NCBI RefSeq assembly: GCF_000400465.1 | Contig: NW_008806275.1 | Coordinates: forward strand, 692,728-724,727 | Direction of reading: 5' to 3' | DNA from: Wallemia ichthyophaga EXF-994 | Lineage: Eukaryota; Fungi; Basidiomycota | Length of the DNA stretch: 32,000 nucleotides | Part shown: in pieces, positions 10,771 to 19,962 of the stretch | Numbering within the stretch: position 1 is the first letter of the stretch | Layout of the letters: each line of letters opens with the position of its first letter | Translations under genes and position numbers: made by a program | The notes under the pieces: generated by a model | Databases searched by the model: none | Told to the model about the DNA's origin: nothing | The model's input: only the letters and a program-made list of their open reading frames with translations

Positions 10771-11270
10771 ATCATATGCAGTTCCTGTCAGTATCCCGTG
10801 TTCAATCGAATTGAAACGCGTTCAAATGTGTTCATTGAGCTGATTTGATCAATAATCGAGATATATCTCAATTATTATTTAATTCATCATCTAGTTATAT
10901 CCAAATACACACAAAAACACACACTCTCTCTCAAATCTTCATTCTAATTCCTGCGGCTACAACATCTTTTCTAGTCGCTTAGCGAAGATGCGAGATTGAT
11001 AGGTACGAGGTGATCGTAGTTTGTTTAATTAATATATTCTTAGTCTGTATCTTCTGTGTATTCATTCTGTGTTCCTTGTCTTCGCCGCTTTGTTTATCCC
11101 TGTTGCTTGGCAGTGCGCTTGCAAATCATCTTGGCAGATAGATGCCAAGCTGGGGTAGTATTTCCGAGTTTAAATGGTGTAAGCGGGGTTATTCAGGGTG
11201 GCGTGCAGTTTAACTGGTCATATCACTAGTAAAATTGCGCTGTCTGATGACATGTATATTAGTAGATACA

Positions 11271-11320
11271 CTCGGATATACTCGGATATACTCAGATACC
11301 CTCAGATATTCTCGATTATA
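11271..11320. repeat. 10-bp tandem repeat (CTCRGATAYH x5) containing a CGG-N7-CGG
   Basis: Units: ctcggatata ctcggatata ctcagatacc ctcagatatt ctcgattata. Confidence 0.8.
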
Positions 11321-11397
11321 CCGTAATAAATAATTATCTATTAATAACGACTATAATATTAATGCGATTAAACATTTGGGTATAGACGATTCCCTCG

Positions 11398-14190
11398 TCA
11401 TTTAACCTGATTACTCTCCTCCCTCTTATTACGCTCCCTACGCATTTTCAAACTACGCAGCATCTCCTCCAACTCCTTCATGCTCGCCTTTGGTCTCATT
11501 CCGTTTTCTGACTGTGACGACAGTGGCGAAATATTGCTACCGGTGCTGCTCATTGATGGGTGAGCGTGGTATCTCTTTGAGTTTGTGGGTGTGTGCATCG
11601 GTGTATTTGTCTGTATTGGTTGCGGTTGCGTTCGCGGTTTATAAAACAAATCTTCTTTGTTGTTCTCCCCATCACCATCACCAATCTCGACCACCTCACC
11701 CCCCTCGTCTTCAGCCACTTGCCCAAGTCTACCACTGCACTGCCTCGATATTCCCATATTGAGGCTGTTCAAATACGCATCAGTGCTTAAGCGCTTAGAC
11801 AGTGAATCGCCGGGTGTGTTGAATGTCATATTAGCGTCACTATTTGCGAATGGGTGGGGTGTCTGCGAGGCATGCTGGGTGTTTTGGGTGTTTTGAGTGT
11901 GTTGGTGCTGGGGTTGCATGAGATGCTCATCATGCCCCGAATTTCGCAGTCGTTCAGCAGAACGCAGCTTATTATTCACCATTTCCACGTCAAGTGCTAA
12001 TCTCGATCCTGATTCTGGTGGGTGCACAAATCGCAGCAAATCAACAGACGGGTTTATCGCTCTATGACTCCTACTTGCAGTACTTATATTAGCCGATTCT
12101 GGTGCATTCCATCCACTTGCACTTGCACCTGGACTTGCTCCTGAATCAATCGCCTCTGGACTTTTGTCTTTTTCTTTACACATCTGCTCCACCCCCACTT
12201 CCACTCCTACTTCCTCAGGCCATCTACGTGGTATAGGGTGGGTGGTAAATGTAGTGTATGACTTCTTTTCTATCGACTCCTGCGCTCTTCTCCTCGGCGA
12301 CTTTCGTGGAATTGGCGGTGTAGGTAGTGGGTAACCAAGGAAGACAGGGTGATCTATATCTCTACTCGGCGGATTTGGTGAAGTATGCATATCAGTAAAA
12401 GTATTTTCCTGTGGTGGGAGCGTGATTGTAACCGCTGGTGCAACTTCTCTGCTGTGCGTCACAAGTAAGTAATACCATCCAATCCAACACAATGTACTCA
12501 CTCACCTTCTGCCTTCACCTTTGCGTCTGCGACTATCTTCTCCATTGAGAAAATCGCCTGGTGCATCATGTGCATCACTAGTATGCGACACATCTACCCC
12601 CATTGCTGGGCTAGGTCTAGTAAGTGACGCTTGAGATACACCTCTCGACGCTTGCATGATATCGCCAGTGCGGATAGGGGGTAAGGGAGCATCACGCAAC
12701 TCTTCCATTACGCTGCTCGTGCTGTTGGTGTTGCTACTATCACGTGTATCGTGTACGTGTGTGCCGTGTGCGCTGTGCACACCTGGCAACAGTGTTGCTG
12801 ATGGTGGTGGACGATGATCGAGTGTAGCGACATCAGAAGCAATGCTGCGATTGGCTAGGCTGTCATTCACTTCTGACTCCTCCCCATTCCCCTTTTCCAC
12901 GGCGTGGTAGGCGAGGTAGGTGTCGTATGCCATGCTTCGGCTGCTCGTTGCTGACATACTCCTCGATGAGGAATTAGGAGCACTCTCACGGCTACTCCCA
13001 CTCCCACTCCCACTCCCGCGACTATGACTGCTCCTTTTCCCACTCACTCCCCCACCTCGCCGCCGCAACTTGGTTTTGGTGTATTCGCTCCCAGTGATAA
13101 TCGACTTGGAGGGTGAGTATCTCTTCGAACTTCCGCGCTGCGGTATGACGATGCGACGATTTTGTGTATGTGATGAGTGTTCGTCGGTGGACGTAGCGAC
13201 GCTCCTCGCCGTGGGCGTGGCGGGCGTGGGCGTGGGAGTGGGAGTAGCAGGAATAGCAGATTGCATATGCGAGCTGCCGGGTGGTGCCGGGGAGGAGCTA
13301 GTAACAGCGAGGCCAACTTGGCTGGTAGATGGTGACGGATCAACTGTCTGTGCACCGTATGCATAACCATACCCATCGTCATCGCGCACCTGCCCATTAT
13401 CGATGCGTATCCTGTCGCGCTCTCTCAACACATTCACACTGTCTTTCCCCTGGTTGCTTATGTGCAAATTAAACCCACTCGTCTCGACGCGTAGGTGCAG
13501 ATCATTCGGGTGGGTGTTCTCCTTGTCCTTGTTGAATGTCCACGCTTGGCTTAGCACTCTCCCACACCCGAGTACTCCTTCCTCTTGGCTGCGCGCCAGG
13601 TGTATCTCGAGCGGCTTGCTAGGAACACTCAGGCTTTGTGAGTGCGCCAGTGACGATTTGGTGGAGGATGTAGAGCCTTTGCGGGAGTGCTGAGGGTGCT
13701 GAGATTGCCTTGGAGGCGATGAATACTTCTGAGCCGGCTGCTTCTTGGGCGATAACTGCCGCACCTGCCTATTCAATGGCTCTGTATTTGAAAAGTGCCT
13801 GCTGATAGAATTCGAAGATCGTGCAAGTGGGCTATTCCCCAGTCTCTGCCAGTAATTTCTCTCTAGATCGAGAAGATGGGCCTGGTGGAGAACATTGGAG
13901 ATATTCTGGTGATCGTCCCAGCCATTTTCAAGAATGGGTGATGGCTGTGGGGCAGACGCAGACCTGCGACGGTGATTGAGGGTGTCTTGTGGTATATGAG
14001 GATGAGGAGGAGGATTTGGATGGAATAAATGCTTTAAGCTATCGCCTCTGTTGTGCTGTTTTTGGTGTACGACGCTGGGAGATTCACCGATATGGGCGTC
14101 GTCGATAAGGCTCGGAGGAGGGAGATAAGAACGATTAGAAGGTTTATAGGCCGTGTATTTCTTTTCTTTTTTGTTGAATATCTTGTTCAT
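11398..14190 (-). CDS. Hypothetical S/P/H/Q-rich, largely disordered protein, 912 aa
   Basis: Two long ORFs (12502-14190 and 11398-12501) are joined in frame by a phase-2 GT-AG intron at 12452-12505. I recognised no domain. Confidence 0.8.
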
Positions 14191-14225
14191 TGCATCTTCC
14201 CCCTTAACGTTCCAGATAGAAAGTG

Positions 14226-14839
14226 ATGTTCTCTAAATTCGACAAAACTCAAATTGGTAACTCGACTGCCATCAAATCTTCGGTACAGAGAGCTATCAGA
14301 CAGAAATTGCTCGATCAGTTTGAAGGACTTAGAGTGAACGACGGCGCGTTACTCGAACAAATTTGGCCAAAGAAGGAATCTATCTCACTCATTAAATGCC
14401 ACAATCAGCTTCAGCTTCTCTCCTTCAACGGATTTCCCCTTTTCTTCCAATCCCACGATGACCCTTACGTACCTACGTTGAGACTTCTTCATTTGTGTGC
14501 GTTTTTACTGCTTTTCGAGGGGAAAATTCTTACTAACTGATCACAGACCCCCACCTTCTCCCTCCAGTCACCGTCGACAGAGGCGCTATCAGATTCCTAA
14601 TAGCAGGTGCAAACGTCATGTCTCCCGGTTTGACATCGAAAGGCGGTCAACTACCCCCACCTGAAAAATCCTACCCAGCTAACACTATCGTATCCATCTT
14701 TGCTGAAGGTAAGGTTCATCCTGTCGCTATAGGTATCTGCAAAACCTCCACCGAAGAAATCAAAAAAGTTAACAAAGGCATCGGCATTGATCTTCTCCAT
14801 TTCGTTGGTGATGGTCTCTATAAGTTTGAAAGAATCTGA
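14226..14839 (+). CDS. TMA20: Translation machinery-associated protein 20 / MCTS1 (PUA domain), 187 aa
   Basis: MFSKFDK...KSSVQRAIRQKLLDQF...PTLRLLHLYP...VDRGAIRFLIAGANVMSPGLTS...GIGIDLLHFVGDGLY. The intron is at 14497-14546. Confidence 0.94.
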
Positions 14840-15229
14840 TTTATTACATAGATGTATTTTAGCGTTGATTTGTGTGTGTTTTGTGTGGATTTTGTGTTAA
14901 AAGTGATTGTGAAGCTTGAGTTAGTAAATCACTGGTTTTTTAAATTAAGCGCTCATCTTTTTGCTCCAATTTTCGGTTCCGAGTAGTCTCTCAAAGTAAC
15001 TCCACGAACCGTTCTTAACCTCAAACAAGGTAGATAGCACCCAACATATACTCCAAAAACCACTTAATCAAGCTCATGCTAGTCAAATCACCTGTATAAT
15101 TAAATTTTACTACAACAGTTTTAAGAGTTTGCAGTTATTATATGAAAATTTGAATTTGATTGTTCAAATATATCAGTTATAAGCAGGGACGTTGTCAACA
15201 ATTCGAATAGTACAACGGTGCTTGCAATC

Positions 15230-15301
15230 AGCTTCGTGGCCAAGAGGAATGGCGTTGGGCTCATAACCCAAAGATCCCCGGATCGAAACCGGGCGAAGCT
15301 A
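15230..15301 (+). tRNA. Initiator tRNA-Met (CAT), intronless
   Basis: Cloverleaf: acceptor stem AGCTTCG/CGAAGCT with A1:U72, D stem GCCA/TGGC, anticodon arm TTGGG-CTCATAA-CCCAA (three consecutive G-C pairs), and T arm CCCGG-ATCGAAA-CCGGG with A54/A60. All are eukaryotic initiator hallmarks. A TTTT run follows at 15306-15309. The ORF track does not show this gene. Confidence 0.96.
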
Positions 15302-16214
15302 AAACTTTTGCGCTTCAAATCTTTGCCTAAACGAGTCCTGGTGAGAAAAGATAATTTAATATATTGTGCCACTCCTATATTTTTCTGAGACTATAGGCAA
15401 ATATTTGCCGTTCGAGATGCCTAACAACCAAGATTTTTTAATTTGTTTTTACGTCGCGATGCTCCAATTGCGCACAAATTCTCCATCTCAATAGCTAAAA
15501 CAAACATTGATTTGATCAAAAATTTATAAGTTTGCTCATTTCATTCTGGCAGTGATTTCAATCTTCTATTTCACGCTCCACACAAACGATTATAAAGAAT
15601 TTGTGCAATAGAATTTCCTTAGGATCTCACTCAGTAGTTATAGGGCTCATTTCGTTAACAATATAAATCCTACCGCAGAACTCGCAGACTTTGCGCCTTA
15701 TCTGTAGCGTGAAACATTGCAAATATGGTAGATATTCAATCTTAATTAAGTCATCTCACGGTGGCGATAGTGTTATGCCCTAGATTGACCATATCCAGCG
15801 CGAATCACTTCTAAAGTAGAAGAAAAAATAGTGACGTAGAATGTTTTTGCTTTTTAGGCCGCGTTTTATTGTGAGTCTGAGCGTATTCTATAGGTTTACT
15901 ATAAACGATAACCCTGTTTTGAATTCTTTTTCTGCTATAAGAGTTGGGTTGGAAGGGATAGCGTGTAAGAAAGAGCGCTTTGATTTGCTTTGTATACCAT
16001 AGTCATGCCATTACCTCACTTTTTCGCCCTTTTTTACCCAAGTCTTCAGCCCACTCCGGCACGCACTAAGGCACCCACCAGCCAGTCTCCACATACCGAG
16101 TCAAGGTGAGTAAAGTGTGATAACGTCATTAAGGGGGGGGGCTAGATAAAAGGTTGGCCAGCACGTGAACTGATTTACACCTAACCTAACACCGCAAACC
16201 TCTTTACACAAGAA

Positions 16215-17142
16215 ATGCCATCAGTATTCATTAGGGGGGCTACAGGGCTAGTAGGAAGAGCGTTAGTGCATGAGCTGCAAGAGCACGCATATCAGATAAG
16301 CGTGCTAGCTCTGAGTGAAGCGAATGTGCTCCAACTGCAATCTCAAGGAGACGGAGTGAGAGTGGTTCGCGGGAGTCTCGATGACTTGGCCACTCTCAAA
16401 GCAAAAGCAGCGTGGAAGGATATTGATGGGGTGATCCACCTTGCCTTCATCCACAAGTCAGACCAGTATGCGCAGTCGTCTGAGGTGGATGCGAAGGCCA
16501 TTGCAGCTTTGGGCGACGGACTTAGGGAGGTTGCTAGTGAGAGCGAGGGAAGGCGCAATGCGAAAGCGCTCGTGGCGAGCTCTGCTGTCGCGGTAGATGC
16601 CCAAGGTAGTGACGGCGTGGCGAGGGAGGCTGATGCTCCACTCGATGTTTTCCGCGTAGAAGCGAAGCAGCTGCTTTGGAGATGGCAGTAAGTGGCGTCA
16701 CACCAACTGTCATGCAGCTGGCACCAACTGTGCACTGCGACGACGACAAAGCGTTCGTTCGCATCCTCAACAATAGCACTCTCACTCACTGGAAGGCGGT
16801 GTATGTGTATCTAATCACTTGGTCAGCTGTGCACCCTAGAGATTTCGCGTCACTCTATCGACTCGCTTTCGAAGCCGCTCGGAAAGGTAAATCGATTGTT
16901 TATCACGGTGTGGATGAGTGTCGAGTGCCTTTCAAGAGCATCGCAGAAACTATTGCGCGTAAAACCGACAGCAATACTCAACTATTCTCGCCTCATCAAT
17001 GTCTTCCAGTACATCGGCTTGTTGACTCATTTCGCACTCCCTGTTTAAACCCACATACAGCGATCGGACTCGCAAAGAGCTCGGCTGGAACCCCACACAA
17101 GTAGACCTGTTGAGCGATATTGAGCACAACTATGCTGCTTAG
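16215..17142 (+). pseudogene. Frameshifted NAD-dependent epimerase/extended SDR (YLL056C-like)
   Basis: Homology is spread over three frames: VFIRGATGLVG...DGVIHLAFIH (from 16215), PTVH...WSAVHPRDFASLYRLA...YHGV (from about 16676), and TRKELGWNPTQVDLLSDIEHNY (ending at TAG 17140-17142). No intron-sized gap rescues the first shift, near 16672. Confidence 0.75.
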
Positions 17143-17332
17143 GTTTGTATTAAGTCTGGTTTGGGGTGATAATTAATCCGCCTCAGATCAATTCAGGAGT
17201 CCTTGTGAGAGTGTGCTTGCTATCGACGAATGTAACGATATAAAGATAATATTGCAAAATGAAATAATCAATCGAGGCTATAGCTTTGTTGCAGTCCTTG
17301 GAGTGTGTCAGTCATTGTATCAAGCTACTATC

Positions 17333-19014
17333 CTAGTCAATTACACACCAGAAACAAGCTTTGTACGTATACTGCAGCATGCTATTAGGGTTATTGGTGT
17401 AAGTCGTATCAATCATTCTCTCCTCCTGTTTAAAGGTGTTTAAACGTTGATTAGCCTATTCCCAAATCAAAACACCCCTCTCACATCTAATCTGAATCCG
17501 CATTTTGGTAGCAACGCCTTCAACTCTTCCAGTGTGAGTTCAATAGACGGCTCACCATCTTCGTTACTTTCAAAGTGGTATAAAAGGGGACCTGTTGTAG
17601 GTGAGTGGGTGATTGGCAGTTTATCTCGACACCTCGTCGCAACCCACCCAAATTGATAAACTGCCCTCCCGGTCTAAGTACGTGAGAGATTGTTTTGATG
17701 TAGTCGATAATATTCTTAGCCTGTGTTTGTTTTTGTGTGTTAGTATCAGAAAGAATTAATCCACACTGCAAAAACCACCCACCGTATCCAAGTAGAAGCA
17801 TGTCACAACAACATCCCACTGCTCCTTTTCATCATCACCGCCGTAGATTTCGAGGAACTCACCCGCTACGAGTGAGAAATCACTCTCTGGCCCACGGAGG
17901 TAATCTAAGGGGAGCACATCAGGTACGGTGATACAGCGTAATTGCGAAGCCGCTGATGGGTGGTTGGAGGATGAGTGAGCGAAAGGGAATAGAGTGTGTT
18001 CGTTGCGTTCAGTTGTACGATTGAGAATGAAGAAACTGGCGAGGAGCATAAAGTAGCTGAATTCGTTTCCTTGAAGAGGGTTTTTTTCGTTAGACTGAAG
18101 AGCTTTCATACATGCATACACACAAACCTTGACTAGAAAAACCCATTCTGGCAATATCGAATGCTAGTCGAGCTAAACCGGCACCAGGAACGAGAATTTT
18201 GGTTTGTAATCTTGTGTAAGTCGTGTTGTCTTAGCTGGATGCTTGAGTAGATTAACAGATATTTACCCACCTCTGCTCCTTTGAGAGGTTTCCGAACTTT
18301 TTCTCCAACGTGTCTAGGATTGGGCCGTACGAAGAGCTTCTCTCTTTTTCACCCTGCAATTATCAACGAGTGGAATAGAAGTACATGTCCACCACTCACA
18401 TCAGAAGACCAATCGCGCACGAATTGCTTCAGTGTCGATAGCAGCTTTTCCATTTGAGTTGGTGTTGGTTTCTCTGGGTGGATTGAAGAGGAAGCGGGGG
18501 AGAGTGGTACCTCATGGGAGTGTGAATGTGAGTGTGAGTGTTCGAAGTCTCCAGAGTGTCCTGAGTGCCCCGAATGATCGTGTTGTCCACCATCACACGT
18601 GCCAAGTTTTTCCATCTCTAATAACCGATTGAAACTCAACCAAAGCATTCCAAATAGCAAATTACCCACCTCTAGCCTGCTCCTCTTGCTCCATATCTTC
18701 AAGCAGTCCATCTCCTTGGCTTCTGATAGCGCTAACAACGAGTGAGTTTGCGTTAATTGCAGTCTCAATCTTCCCTAGACGAGATTTGAAGCCAATTTGA
18801 TTGAGCAATTCCTTGTGATCATCTGCTAGGCTATGGAAGACACTTAGTTTATTCTTAATTTGACCAAGTGAAGCGATTTGGTAGATATCCAGGACGTTGA
18901 GAATTGATTGGCTGATTTAAATGGATGAGATTATATGGTAATATGCACATGTTATACCCACAAATGAGCCTTCTCTTTTGCTGCATTGTGTGCCTTTTCT
19001 TGAGCGGAAGACAT
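17333..19014 (-). CDS. CARNMT1: Carnosine N-methyltransferase / N2227-like histidine methyltransferase
   Basis: The spliced translation includes HFQSILN, STLKQFVRDWSS, ILVPGAGL, QGNEFSYFML, FSLVAGEFLEIY, WDVVVTCFYLDT and NLGPLLYHFE, ending MLQYTYKACFWCVID. The gene has multiple short introns; the first is at 18912-18961. Confidence 0.88.
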
Positions 19015-19060
19015 GTTGAATGTTTAACGAGAAGAGAATAAAAATACAAATTACAAGAAA

Positions 19061-19914
19061 TTACAAAGCAGTACCCCTTTCGAATGACTCGCGTATTTCC
19101 CTGTAAAATGAGGTTGTTAGCATGGTGATATAGACGTCACTAATAAAACAAACTTTGTATACTGATTAAAGTACCTGTTGATCTTGTTATTGAAAACCTT
19201 ATTACGATCATTGATATAAGTCTTGTCTTCCTCCTTCTCTGGTCTCTTTCTTGAAAAGTTCTTACGACGATGAATGTCGTCATTGACTTTGTTTGTCAAT
19301 TTATCCAAATCTTCATCTGTTGGCTTGTGATCAGCATATATCAGGCTATCAGCCTCTCTATAAAGATCCACGGTTGATGATTTATCTGCATTAGATGAAT
19401 CATCTGTGATTGTACCAGGTGGCAAACCAAGTGCCTGCTCTTTCTGTTTATTGTAGGTTGCCATATTTGGTTTAATGTATGCAAGATCCTTCTTATAACG
19501 GCGCTGGCTGACTTGTTCAGCGTCTGAGTAGCTTTATAAGCCACAAATAACCTAGACAAGGAGAGAACGCACCATCAAATTCAAACCTCGCATTCCTTGC
19601 TTTCTGCTTGAGTTTCTTCTCCCAATTTTCATTATCCTCAATGGAATAATCCATATTCTTGGATCTTTCAACATCCTCACCTTCCTCAACGACTCTCTTC
19701 TTCTCCTGAATAGCATCTGCAAGCTTCTCCTTCTTTTCCAACTTGTGAGCCACTCTTACTTGATTTTTTGAAGTATTATGCTCATCGTGTACAGCAGCTC
19801 TGTTATCTGTTGATGACTTTTGCTGTGAAATGTGAATTTATGATAAAACGAATTGAATACACCAACCATACGCTGCCTCAATTCTTGTAATTTGTTTTCT
19901 CTATCGTTGCTCAT
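19061..19914 (-). CDS. SYF2: Pre-mRNA splicing factor Syf2, 235 aa
   Basis: YSIEDNENWEKK...RRYKKDL...KPNMATYNKQK...YINDRNKVFNNKINRYFNQYTKEIRESFERGTAL, with the family C-terminal signature. Introns are at 19823-19866, 19524-19572 and 19101-19153. Confidence 0.93.
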
Positions 19915-19962
19915 GGTGGTTATGGTAAACGGATTAAATGGGTTAAACTCAAACCACCATGA
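19911..19962. repeat. Perfect 11-bp inverted repeat containing both divergent start codons
   Basis: TCATGGTGGTT (19911-19921) and AACCACCATGA (19952-19962) are separated by a 30-nt spacer. Confidence 0.85.

Noticed and set aside
11130-11149. CTTGGCA/TGCCAAG hairpin
   Set aside because: A 7-bp stem is expected by chance in 32 kb, and there is no ncRNA context.
15121-15372. 83-aa minus-strand ORF
   Set aside because: It is the antisense reading of the tRNA-iMet gene and its flanks, starts at a non-ATG codon and has no protein-like features.
15310-16200. AT-rich 900-nt gap as a transposon relic
   Set aside because: I could detect no terminal repeats, target-site duplication or transposase/RT-like translation by eye.
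17333-19014. CARNMT1-like enzyme as the methylase of LPMO His1
   Set aside because: It has no signal peptide, and the family methylates the N1 (pi) position. LPMO His1 methylation is at N-tau and occurs in the secretory pathway through a different enzyme.
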